A stretch of DNA of 64,000 nucleotides. Origin: Terriglobia bacterium. Lineage in GTDB: Bacteria; Acidobacteriota; Terriglobia; 20CM-2-55-15. The position numbers and the translations under genes were made by a program. The stretch is from NCBI GenBank assembly GCA_965198265.1, contig CBDAPB010000026.1, forward strand, positions 61,614-125,613, in the 5' to 3' direction. Positions 18,366 through 27,139 of the stretch are shown one piece after another. The first letter of the stretch is position 1; every line of letters starts with the position of its first letter. The notes beneath the pieces were generated by a model that saw only the letters and a program-made list of their open reading frames with translations, had not been told where the DNA came from and did not search any database.

Positions 18366-19140
18366 CATGAAGGAACGCATTGCCAAGATCGAATCGTTCG
18401 TCCGACCGCCGACGTTCCCCATAGCCGTTCGAATGCTGTCGGAGGGCGATGAGATACCCGAGCGAGCCAAACGGCCCCACCGCGACATGTCGGTCCAGAT
18501 CACTACCTGTCAGGCTGTTACGATGTCGAGAAAATACGGCTGGACGGTCGCAATAACAACCGAGGACATCAACTGCCCACTGACCAAAGTGGCCTTCGGT
18601 CTGAAGGAGGAACCGGCCTACTTCACCGAGGGCCACTGCTGCGCCGGGATGTACACCCAGTCAGCGGAGGCGGGCGCTCGGACAGAGGCGGAAACCTATC
18701 ACTTCCCCTACCACAGGTACGAAGGTATCCTCACGGCCCCCGCCGCCAAGGACGCCTTCGAGCCGCAGGTGATCATCCTCTACGGCAACCCGGCTCAGGT
18801 TATGCGGCTGGTGACGGGAGCCCTCTGGCGGGACGGCGGGTCGATCACGTCTTCGTTCACCGGAAGAATCGATTGCTCTGACGAGATCATCCGTCCGATC
18901 GAAACCGGGGAGTACCAGGTCATTCTCCCATGCTACGGCGACCGTGTGTTCGGCCAGACCGAAGACCATGAGATGGCGTTCTCCCTGCCCGCGTCCAGGA
19001 TCGACGAACTCGTCGAAGGACTCGATGGGACCCACAAGGGAGGGGTGCGTTACCCGATCCCGTCTTTCGTCCGCTACTCGGGCCAGTTCCCAGCGAGTTA
19101 CAACAAGCTGGATGAAATCTGGGCAGCGGAAGAATCGTAG
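18358..19140 (+). CDS. hypothetical protein (possibly DUF169-like), translationally coupled to argD
   Basis: 260 aa ORF overlapping the argD stop by 8 nt. No confident family assignment. Confidence 0.45.
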   Translation: MPDMKERIAKIESFVRPPTFPIAVRMLSEGDEIPERAKRPHRDMSVQITTCQAVTMSRKYGWTVAITTEDINCPLTKVAFGLKEEPAYFTEGHCCAGMYTQSAEAGARTEAETYHFPYHRYEGILTAPAAKDAFEPQVIILYGNPAQVMRLVTGALWRDGGSITSSFTGRIDCSDEIIRPIETGEYQVILPCYGDRVFGQTEDHEMAFSLPASRIDELVEGLDGTHKGGVRYPIPSFVRYSGQFPASYNKLDEIWAAEES

Positions 19141-19165
19141 ATCGCAAATCCGAAACGGAAGAAGG

Positions 19166-19232
19166 TTCACCGCAAAGACGCAAAGGCGCAAAGGAACCTT
19201 GTCTTCTTTGCGTCTTTGCGCCTTTGCGGTGA
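19166..19232. repeat. Family-1 hairpin element (short-loop form)
   Basis: ttcaccgcaaagacgcaaaggcgcaaagg aacc ttgtcttctttgcgtctttgcgcctttgcggtgaa. Confidence 0.85.
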
Positions 19233-19239
19233 AAAAAAG

Positions 19240-19758
19240 ATGTCAAAAATACTGGAACAGAGGGTTGAGTATGAAGGGCGGCGGATTACGGTGCGTCGGG
19301 ACCGGATTATCGAGCCGTCGGGCAAGGAAGGGATCCGTGACGTCGTTTTGCATCCCGGTGCCGTCTCGATCCTCGCGTGGTCGAAACCCGATGAGATCGT
19401 CTTGATACGGCAGTACCGCCATGCGACTGGTGAGGAGCTTCTCGAGCTTCCTGCCGGAACGCTGGAGGAAGGAGAAGATCCAATCGATACTGCTCGGCGC
19501 GAACTGGAGGAAGAAACCGGTTATCGCGCGGGCAGGATCAAACACTGTGCCACCTACTACACCACTCCCGGCTTCACCAACGAGCTCATGTATCTCTATG
19601 AAGCCTCCGATCTGGAAGCAAGAGAACAGCGGCTCGAAGACGACGAAGCCATCGACGTCGTCCCAACGCCCTGGGAGGACGCCCTTCGCATGGTCCACGA
19701 CGGCAGGATTCGCGACGCAAAAACACTCGTCGGCCTCCTGATGGTTAGTGGCCTGTAA
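19240..19758 (+). CDS. NUDIX hydrolase (ADP-ribose pyrophosphatase-like)
   Basis: Nudix box (GTLEEGEDPIDTARRELEEETGY). Start trimmed to MSKILEQ. The TAA stop lies inside the MITE terminus. Confidence 0.8.
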   Translation: MSKILEQRVEYEGRRITVRRDRIIEPSGKEGIRDVVLHPGAVSILAWSKPDEIVLIRQYRHATGEELLELPAGTLEEGEDPIDTARRELEEETGYRAGRIKHCATYYTTPGFTNELMYLYEASDLEAREQRLEDDEAIDVVPTPWEDALRMVHDGRIRDAKTLVGLLMVSGL

Positions 19759-20019
19759 CGGAGATATCGGCACCATCGCCGATGGGTCTTGCCAGTCGAG
19801 GTCGAGGAGAGAGGAGGAATTGATGCGGTCTCATCATGACGACGAACGACAAAGAGATCGACGGCAACCCCCATCGGCCCGGAGGGTTGCGGCGGAACGG
19901 CAACGTCTTCGTTGTCGCTCCTCCTCGCAATGTAGGAGCATTACCTCGTCGTCGGCTCCTAGAATCCGGTGCCGTTCCACCGCAACGCTGGTACCGATAT
20001 CTCCGTTACAGGCCACTAG
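19746..20019 (+). mobile_element. MITE-A copy 1 (about 275 bp, ~28 bp terminal inverted repeats, TA-flanked)
   Basis: TIR tagtggcctgtaacggagatatcgg ... ccgatatctccgttacaggccactag. Internal core gaggaggaattgatgcgg...ggcaacccccatcggcccggagggttgcgg. Flanked by TA/TA. Confidence 0.8.
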
Positions 20020-20028
20020 CGCTGCTCC

Positions 20029-21252
20029 ATGAGAACGACTCCCCTGAGCCGGTTGCAGTCTCTGGAGGCGTGGCGCAAGAACCAGATCGCGGTCACGGTG
20101 TCGGGGTCGTTCGTCTTTTTCGGCTTCACGCTGGTCATGCCGTTTCTGCCGCTGTATGTGCGACAACTCGGGGTCGAAGGAACCGGCGCGATCGCACTGT
20201 GGACGGGTCTGATTCTGAGCATCAGTCCCGCGATGGCCGCTTTGACGGGACCGATCTGGGGACGTATAGGGGATCGGATCGGGCTGAAACCGATGGCCAT
20301 CCGGGCGACCGGGGTGAACTGCCTTTGCTGGTTGGGGATGGCGTTTGCCGGCAACGTCTGGGAACTGTTTTTGCTGCGAGCCGCTCTGGGTCTGCTCGGA
20401 GGGTTCAACAGTGTCTCAATAGCGGCCGTCACCCAGTTGTCACCCAAGGAAAAGATCGGCAGCGTCATCGGCACCCTGCAGTCGTCGCAGATCTTCGCCG
20501 CGGCGATCGGGCCACTCGTCGGCGGCATCCTGGCGGGCTTGATCGGCATCACGAACACGTTCTTCGCGACCGCGATGCTGATGTTCGGATCGTTTCTCAG
20601 CATCATGCTGTTCTACCAGGACGCCGAACGAAGATCTGAACAAGCGGACGAACCCGAGCAGCGGGTCGACCGAAGCTTCCTAAAGCATCCCGAGTATGTT
20701 CTTCCTCTGTTTCTCCTGTTCTTCATCCACATGAGCTTCCGCACGTTCAATCCGATCGTCCCCCTGTTTCTCGAGGAACTGGGAACAGCGGCCACGCGCC
20801 TCGCCGCGATATCTGGGGCGTTGATCTCCATGGCGGCTTTCGGTGAAGCCTTTTCGGCCTGGCTTTCAGGAAGACTGGCGGACAGGGTGGAACTCCGGAA
20901 GCTGATGGCGATTCGGCTCGCACTCGGGCTTCTCGTGCTGGTGCCCATGGTTGGTGTCCAGAGTCCCGGCGGCTTTTTCGCGCTACGGGTGGCGCTGACT
21001 CTACTATCGGGGGGTATGATGACACTGGCCTTTAGCGCCGCCGGTCGGGTGATTCCAGGCGAACACCGAGGTACGGGTTTCAGCGTCCTTTCGAGCACTT
21101 CACTGTTCGGCGGAGCGGCGGGCCCGATCATCGCCGGCGCTCTTGCCGGTCTCAGCATCCGCACGGTGTTCGTCTTCAACATCGTCATCTACACGGCCCT
21201 GATGCTGGCCGTCACGCGCATCGGACGGAGGTCGGGTGTAGATCAAACGTGA
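20029..21252 (+). CDS. MFS transporter
   Basis: Twelve predicted TM segments and the MFS motif GRIGDRIG. Start is 9 nt after the MITE end. Confidence 0.8.
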   Translation: MRTTPLSRLQSLEAWRKNQIAVTVSGSFVFFGFTLVMPFLPLYVRQLGVEGTGAIALWTGLILSISPAMAALTGPIWGRIGDRIGLKPMAIRATGVNCLCWLGMAFAGNVWELFLLRAALGLLGGFNSVSIAAVTQLSPKEKIGSVIGTLQSSQIFAAAIGPLVGGILAGLIGITNTFFATAMLMFGSFLSIMLFYQDAERRSEQADEPEQRVDRSFLKHPEYVLPLFLLFFIHMSFRTFNPIVPLFLEELGTAATRLAAISGALISMAAFGEAFSAWLSGRLADRVELRKLMAIRLALGLLVLVPMVGVQSPGGFFALRVALTLLSGGMMTLAFSAAGRVIPGEHRGTGFSVLSSTSLFGGAAGPIIAGALAGLSIRTVFVFNIVIYTALMLAVTRIGRRSGVDQT

Positions 21253-21267
21253 TAACATTTCGAATCT

Positions 21268-22296
21268 ATGCTGATCGTGATGGACGCTCATGCGAGCCCG
21301 GAACAGACCGAGGCCGTGTGCAAGAAGATCGAAGAGCTAGGGCTCAAGCCCCATCCCATGCCGGGAGCCAATCGAACGGCAATCGGGATCACCGGCAACG
21401 ACGAGCCGATCGTGCCCGATCCGTTCGAGAACATGCCCGGGGTCGTGGAGCTGATACCCGTCACCCACCCCTACAAGCTGGTCAGCCGCGAGTTCCGCGG
21501 GGACGACACCCTGGTTCAGGTCGGAGAAGTGACGGTCGGCGGGAGCGATCTGGTCGTCATCGCGGGACCGTGCGCTGTGGAGAACGAGGAGCGAACGATC
21601 CGTATCGCCGAGAAGGTGCGGGCGGCCGGAGCTCACATGCTTCGCGGGGGCGCTTTTAAACCGCGAACCTCGCCTTACAGCTTTCAGGGGCTTGGACTCG
21701 AGGGGCTGAAGATGCTCGCCAAAGCCCGCGAACAAACGGGTCTGCCGATCGTCACCGAGGCGGTCGATGGAGAAAGCCTCGATCTGGTCGAGGAATACGC
21801 CGATGTCATCCAGATCGGCGCGCGCAACATGCAGAATTTCGCCCTCTTGAAGAGGGCCGGGAAGGCGTCGAAACCGGTATTCTTGAAACGCGGTATGAGC
21901 GCGACGCTCGATGACTTCATGCTGGCCGCCGAATACATCATGTCGGAGGGCAACTACCAAGTCATCCTCTGCGAACGCGGCGTCCGGACTTTCGCCGATC
22001 ACACACGAAACACGCTGGACCTTTCGATCATCCCGGCGGTCAAGCGGATCTCACACCTGCCGATCCTCACCGACCCGAGCCACGGGACGGGCAAGCGCCA
22101 CAAGGTGGGTCCGATGAGCCGGGCTTCGGTCGCAGCCGGCGCGGACGGACTGATCATCGAGGTCCATGACGAGCCCGACAAGGCTCTCTCGGACGGTCCT
22201 CAGGCACTCCTGCCTGATCACTTCGCGCTCCTGATGGATGAGCTGAGGCTGCTGGCGCCAGTGGTTCGGCGTGGGATTCCTCTGGTTGCCGTGTAG
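21268..22296 (+). CDS. aroF: 3-deoxy-7-phosphoheptulonate (DAHP) synthase, type I-beta with N-terminal regulatory domain
   Basis: KDO8PS/DAHPS I-beta core (GPCAVENEE..., [19 protein letters not shown]) preceded by an ACT-like N-terminal domain. Confidence 0.85.
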   Translation: MLIVMDAHASPEQTEAVCKKIEELGLKPHPMPGANRTAIGITGNDEPIVPDPFENMPGVVELIPVTHPYKLVSREFRGDDTLVQVGEVTVGGSDLVVIAGPCAVENEERTIRIAEKVRAAGAHMLRGGAFKPRTSPYSFQGLGLEGLKMLAKAREQTGLPIVTEAVDGESLDLVEEYADVIQIGARNMQNFALLKRAGKASKPVFLKRGMSATLDDFMLAAEYIMSEGNYQVILCERGVRTFADHTRNTLDLSIIPAVKRISHLPILTDPSHGTGKRHKVGPMSRASVAAGADGLIIEVHDEPDKALSDGPQALLPDHFALLMDELRLLAPVVRRGIPLVAV

Positions 22297-22362
22297 GTGC
22301 GCTCTATATGAGCGCACATTCCTCGACCCGACACAACGTGCGCTCATAGAGCGCACCTACAC
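22291..22362. repeat. Family-5 palindrome (GTGTAGGTGCGCTC-TATA-GAGCGCAC...), between convergent genes
   Basis: gtgtaggtgcgctctatatgagcgcac ... gtgcgctcatagagcgcacctacac. Likely a bidirectional terminator. Confidence 0.7.
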
Positions 22363-23523
22363 AACGATCCATTCCTGGGGCGAATTGGTCAAGCGCTCGC
22401 ATCCGGTTTCCGTGATCACGTAGGTGTTTTCAACCCCCGCTCCACCCAGACCTGGGTAGAAAACCTTCGGCTCGACAGCAAGGACGACACCGGGTTCCAG
22501 CGGGTCATCGAACCGTTTAGCGATCACCGGGAGCTCGTCCAACTCCAGGCCGACGCCGTGGGCGACAAAGCCAACCTGGTTTTCCCCGGCCCCCATGAAA
22601 TGCTCCCCGAAACCGGCGTTCGCCACTCGTTCCTGGGTCTTCGAGTAGATTTCGCTCGGGATGTTTCCCGGCTTGAGCTGCTCTTCGAGCCAGCCGTTCA
22701 AATCCAGGATGAAAGAATGCGTTTCCTGCACGCGCGGAGACGGAGGTCCCAGCGAATAGGCTCGGGATCCGTCTGCGAGATAGCCTCCATGACCGCCGAC
22801 GACATCGACCATGATGGGCTCGCCGCGCACAAGTTCCTTGTGTCCCCCCATTGCGGGAACCGCGGGATAGAGTCCCCGAACTCCGACGGGGCCGTCGAAG
22901 CTGTGAGGATAAGCAGAGGTATCACCGAATGCGACCGCACCGTAGAACATTTCGAGATTGAACCGTCGCATCCGCGCAAGCCCCTGATGGCCGGACATTC
23001 GCATGACATATTCGATCCGGGCGCTCAACTCAAACTCGCAAAGTCCCTCCCGAAGCTGGTTTGGAATATCGACGAACGCTTCATCCAGCATGGCGGCAGC
23101 CCGGCGAATGTGTTCGATCTCGAAGTCGGTCTTCACGGCACGCGCGCGCCGGAGGGCCATCGAGGAATCCACGACCTCGCAGTCAGGAAACACCTTGGTG
23201 ATCTGCCGGTACAACGCGACGGGCACAATGTCGAGCTCCAGCCCGAGGACTTCCCCCACATCCGGGATCAGGGAAGCGAGCTCGCCGTAGCGACGGAACC
23301 TTACGATATTCTCGAGCGCGGACTCGGTAAGCGCCCGCTGGTGGCTCTTCCGCACGGCAAACACCGGCTCGCCTTCGCGGGGAAACCAGAGGACTCCGTT
23401 CTGTATCGTTCCGGTCAGATAGAACTGGTCGACGTTCTGAAGCACGATGAGTGAATCGCAGTCCATGAAGCCGCGGACCCGCGTCCAACGCCGTTCGAGC
23501 TCCTCCCTGGGAACATAATCCAT
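22357..23523 (-). CDS. pepP: M24 family Xaa-Pro aminopeptidase (creatinase N-terminal + M24 domains)
   Basis: Metal-binding motifs of the M24 fold (DVVGGHGGYLADGSRAY, HGVGLELDE). Start trimmed to MDYVPREE; the upstream extension runs into the repeat. Confidence 0.8.
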   Translation of the reverse strand: MDYVPREELERRWTRVRGFMDCDSLIVLQNVDQFYLTGTIQNGVLWFPREGEPVFAVRKSHQRALTESALENIVRFRRYGELASLIPDVGEVLGLELDIVPVALYRQITKVFPDCEVVDSSMALRRARAVKTDFEIEHIRRAAAMLDEAFVDIPNQLREGLCEFELSARIEYVMRMSGHQGLARMRRFNLEMFYGAVAFGDTSAYPHSFDGPVGVRGLYPAVPAMGGHKELVRGEPIMVDVVGGHGGYLADGSRAYSLGPPSPRVQETHSFILDLNGWLEEQLKPGNIPSEIYSKTQERVANAGFGEHFMGAGENQVGFVAHGVGLELDELPVIAKRFDDPLEPGVVLAVEPKVFYPGLGGAGVENTYVITETGCERLTNSPQEWIVV

Positions 23524-23556
23524 GAGTGACCTCCGCGAGGCATTATAAGCGAACGT

Positions 23557-23634
23557 GTCCAAGGTCCGAGGTCCTGTCATGCGATCGGCGACATTGGACC
23601 TTGGACTTTGGACTTTGGACGTCGGACTTGGACT
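23557..23634. repeat. TTGGACC/GGTCCAA heptamer-based palindromic element (copy 2)
   Basis: gtccaaggtccgaggtcc ... ttggaccttggactttggactttggacgtcggacttggac. Confidence 0.7.
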
Positions 23635-23649
23635 GATATGATCATCCCG

Positions 23650-23795
23650 AACTTCGGATGAGGGAAAGCGGTGAGATTCCGCTGCTGCCCCGCAACTGTA
23701 AGACGACTCTTCCCAGCTACAGCCACTGCCAGCCACGCTGGCGGGAAGGCGCCCGCGAAACCGCTGTCGTCAAGCCAGGACACCTCCCGGAGGAG
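23650..23795 (+). promoter_or_regulatory. cobalamin (B12) riboswitch
   Basis: agggaaagcGGTGAgattCCgctGCTGCCCCGCAACTGTAAg ... aGCCACTGccagcc ... GGGAAGGCgcc ... gtcaaGCCAGGAcACCTcc matches the conserved cores of the B12 element. It lies in the 5' UTR of a TonB-dependent receptor. Confidence 0.75.
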
Positions 23796-23819
23796 ATTAC
23801 CTTTCGAGGGAGAGGGACC

Positions 23820-25967
23820 ATGTCCAAGTCTGGCCATTTGCGGCTTTGCCGTACCTTCAGTTTTCTGATCACCATATCTTTTCTGAACTTTTCTACCGAA
23901 GCGTCCGCACTGGATTCCGTCGCGGGATGCGTGGAGGACTCGACCCGCGCCCCGATCGCCGGGGCTCGCGTCGTCGTCCGACATCTCCGGAGAGGGGATC
24001 TCGTCCAAACCCGATCCGATGAGTCGGGCTGCTTTGCTGTCGAGGACTTCCCGTCCGGAAGCGCAAGCGTGCGCATTCTGGCCGAAGCGTTCGAAGCCTA
24101 CGAGAGCAGGGTCGAGCTTGACGGTTCCAAACGCATGCCGACGATCATCCTGGGACTTCAGCCGATCCGCAACTCCGTCACCGTCACGGCTCGCCGCACT
24201 GTAGCTCCGACTGCAACCCTGGGTTCGAGCGTAGATCTCGTGGACCGAACGGACCTCGAGGCATCACAGACCCGGAACGTTTCCGATGCATTGAGGACCA
24301 TGGCCGGTATCGCCCTCCAGCAGACCGGTGCGAGCGGCATCGCGAACTTCTTCGTCCGCGGCGGGGAATCCGACTACAGCAAGGTGCTGATCGACGGAGT
24401 GCCCGTCAACCTTCCGGGCGACACCTACGATTTCGCTCACATTCCGACTGACAACGTGGATCGCGTGGAGGTTGTCCGCGGACCACAGAGCGCGCTGTTC
24501 GGGTCCGACGCAATGTCGAGCGTCGTCCAGATCTTCACCCGAAGGGGACCGGCATCTCCCGAGGTGGGCTACACGGTCGAAGGCGGCAGTTTCGGCACGT
24601 TGCGTCAGGCAGGGTCCGTACGCGGGAGTTTCCGGGGCCTGGATTTCTCCAACACCTTCAGCCGCTCTGACACCGACAACGTAGCCGAGAACGACGACTA
24701 CCGTAATGCCAGCTACTTCGGTAACTTCGGATACACACCGGATCCGAATCAAACCCTCCGTGTCACACTGATGAACACTTCGGTTCGTGCCGGAACGCCG
24801 GGACCGACGGCCGAAGGGTTCTCTTCGTTTGATCCAACCGCGTGGATGCAGCGCCGGGAGAGAGCCGGCGGTCTGAGTTATGACGCGCTGGTGGGAGGAC
24901 GCCTCACTCAGCACGCCGCCTATCGTATACACGACCTTGATCAGACGTTTTTCGGGGCATTCGGTCCGTTCGAGGTCGCGAGCACGCGACACCGGGTCGA
25001 GTACCGCGGCGACGTCCTGCTCTCGCGAGGCGGTACGCTTTCATACGGTGTGGATTTCGATCGCGAACGCGGACTCGTCAGCGGCGATCCGCAGAGCCGG
25101 GACAACTTCGGCTACTACGTTCAACAACAATTGGAGCCCGTCCGCGGTCTCCACCTCACCGCAGGCTTGCGTGTCGAGGACAACGATTCCTTCGGAACGG
25201 TCGCGAGCCCGAGACTGGGTGTTTCTTACGGGCTTTGGGCACCCGACGGTTTCTTCGGACCGGCCCGACTTCGTTTCGCGCTCGGTCGGGGTATCAAAGA
25301 GCCGCGTTTTCTGGAGAGCTTCAGCCGGAACCCTTTCTTTCTCGGGAACCCGGACCTCGAAGCGGAGCGCTCCCGCAGCTGGGAGATCGGCTGGGAGCAG
25401 GGACTGGCGGACGAGCGTATCGTGGCCGACATCACGTGGTTTGACAACACCTTCCTCAACCTGATTCAACTCGTAGGGACCGACGACGGTTCAAGCCAGT
25501 ACCAGAACATCGGTTTGACCACCACGCAGGGTCTCGAGATTCGGACTCGGTTTCGAATCGGGGCAGTGCGTGCCAGCGCGAACTACACCTACCTCGAGGG
25601 CCGGATCGAAGAGTCTTCCTCAGCGTCGTTCCCATTCAGGACGGGTGATCCTCTATTGCGTCGACCGAAACACTCCGGCGACTTTCGAGTGTCTTGGCTT
25701 GGCAATCGCTGGACGGCGGCGTGGAATTCTCGTTTCGTCGGGCGTCGTGCTGACAGCGACTTCTTCAGCCACTTCCCGCCGCTGACGAGCAACGAATACT
25801 ACACCGCCTCCGACGTGGTCGTTACTCTGGACCTGACACCTCAGCTGTCCACCTTCGTCCGAATCGACAACATCTTCGATCGGACATACCAGGAAGTTCT
25901 GGGTTTTGAGGCTCTGGGGCGGGGAATAGCCGTGGGCAGTCGGGTCCGTTGGGGTGGAGAACGTTGA
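23820..25967 (+). CDS. btuB: TonB-dependent outer-membrane receptor (BtuB-like) with N-terminal carboxypeptidase-regulatory-like domain
   Basis: Signal peptide, plug motifs (DALRTMAGIALQQ, FVRGGESDYSKVLIDGVPVN), and a beta-barrel. Sits downstream of the B12 riboswitch. Confidence 0.8.
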   Translation: MSKSGHLRLCRTFSFLITISFLNFSTEASALDSVAGCVEDSTRAPIAGARVVVRHLRRGDLVQTRSDESGCFAVEDFPSGSASVRILAEAFEAYESRVELDGSKRMPTIILGLQPIRNSVTVTARRTVAPTATLGSSVDLVDRTDLEASQTRNVSDALRTMAGIALQQTGASGIANFFVRGGESDYSKVLIDGVPVNLPGDTYDFAHIPTDNVDRVEVVRGPQSALFGSDAMSSVVQIFTRRGPASPEVGYTVEGGSFGTLRQAGSVRGSFRGLDFSNTFSRSDTDNVAENDDYRNASYFGNFGYTPDPNQTLRVTLMNTSVRAGTPGPTAEGFSSFDPTAWMQRRERAGGLSYDALVGGRLTQHAAYRIHDLDQTFFGAFGPFEVASTRHRVEYRGDVLLSRGGTLSYGVDFDRERGLVSGDPQSRDNFGYYVQQQLEPVRGLHLTAGLRVEDNDSFGTVASPRLGVSYGLWAPDGFFGPARLRFALGRGIKEPRFLESFSRNPFFLGNPDLEAERSRSWEIGWEQGLADERIVADITWFDNTFLNLIQLVGTDDGSSQYQNIGLTTTQGLEIRTRFRIGAVRASANYTYLEGRIEESSSASFPFRTGDPLLRRPKHSGDFRVSWLGNRWTAAWNSRFVGRRADSDFFSHFPPLTSNEYYTASDVVVTLDLTPQLSTFVRIDNIFDRTYQEVLGFEALGRGIAVGSRVRWGGER

Positions 25968-26842
25968 ACAACATCGGACGATCCGCGGGCGCGCTGGTGT
26001 GCGCCCTCATGCTGCTGTCGTGCTCGGAATCCCAGACTGTGGAAATCCCTCGGCCAGAGGCTCCTGAACGAATCGTTTCGCTCGTGCCCGCCGTGACGGA
26101 AATGCTGTTTGCGCTCGGGGCTGGTGAACGGGTCGTCGGTGTCAGCGACTACGACACCTATCCACCAGAAGTCCTGCGTTTGCCGAAGGTCGGGGCACTC
26201 ATCAACCCGAACCTGGAGAAGATTTTCGAACTGCAACCGGAAATGGTGATCACCTACGGAACCCAGTCCAATCTGCGAGAGCGGCTCGACGCCGCCGGAA
26301 TCCGCTCATACTCTTTCCTTCACGGCCCGATCGACGACATGCTGGATTACGTGCTCGAACTGAGCCGTGAACTCCGTATGGAGAACGAGGGGCGCCGCCT
26401 GGTCGACGAAATCCGGGGTGAGCTGGACGCAATCCGAGGCGGCGCGTCCGGGTATCGACCTCGTGTTCTACTGGCCCACAGCCGGGAAGTGGGCACGATG
26501 GGGTCGTTCTACAGCGGAGGCGGCGAATCGTTCTTCAACGAGCTGATCGACATCGCCGGCGGTGTCAACATCTTTGGCGATGTCGAGGACGACTCGATCC
26601 AGCCATCACTAGAAGAGGTTCTCAAACGCCGGCCCGAGATCATCATCGAGCTGCTGCCGTCCAACAGGGATGACCCGGATCAGATCGCCCAGCGAATCCA
26701 GGATTGGAGGCAGCTCAAGACCCTGCCCGCGGTTCAACGGGAACGTGTCCACGTCATTGCCGGCGATTACCTCCTCCTCATTGGCCCCCGACTCCACCTC
26801 GCCGCCCGACGATTGGCTGAAGTGATTCGGGAAGAAGAATAA
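25949..26842 (+). CDS. btuF: periplasmic cobalamin/siderophore-type ABC substrate-binding protein (BtuF-like, lipoprotein)
   Basis: Lipobox LLSC; class-8 SBP pattern (RIVSLVPAVTEMLFALGAGERVVGVSDY...LQPEMVITYG). Confidence 0.7.
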   Translation: MGWRTLNNIGRSAGALVCALMLLSCSESQTVEIPRPEAPERIVSLVPAVTEMLFALGAGERVVGVSDYDTYPPEVLRLPKVGALINPNLEKIFELQPEMVITYGTQSNLRERLDAAGIRSYSFLHGPIDDMLDYVLELSRELRMENEGRRLVDEIRGELDAIRGGASGYRPRVLLAHSREVGTMGSFYSGGGESFFNELIDIAGGVNIFGDVEDDSIQPSLEEVLKRRPEIIIELLPSNRDDPDQIAQRIQDWRQLKTLPAVQRERVHVIAGDYLLLIGPRLHLAARRLAEVIREEE

Positions 26843-27133
26843 CCACGGAGGCGCGGAGACACGGAGGTCCCTTTTTCATTGAGCCGAGGAGTTCAAGAGA
26901 TGGCTCGGGCGTGGGGGGGGCCGGACCAGCTGTCTTTCTCCGGAATCGTTCCCAATGAGTGTAGTCGTCGAACGCTCTCGTTCGCGGTGAGAGGGGGACG
27001 GTGGGCCCGACGCTAAAGAATGGTCGGGGACAGGGGCCTGGCCCTGGCCCCGGGTGTCGGCTCTAGCAGAAACGTCGGTTAACGACTCACCTGCCTACCA
27101 AAAAACTCCGCGCCTCAGTGCCTCCGTGGTTAA
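26841..27133. repeat. Family-2 hairpin element (long form, about 290 bp)
   Basis: aaccacggaggcgcggagacacggagg ... ctccgcgcctcagtgcctccgtggtt, with GC-rich internal hairpins (gtcggggacaggggcctggccctggccccgggtgtcgg). Confidence 0.8.
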
Positions 27134-27139
27134 GAAACC

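Noticed and set aside
19836-20639. ORFs beginning MTTNDKEIDGNPHRPGG... (also 32154.., 47145.., 51641.., 60160..)
   Set aside because: These translations start inside MITE copies and are the same repeat sequence read as protein. They are 5' artefacts fused to the downstream real genes or stand-alone repeat translations.
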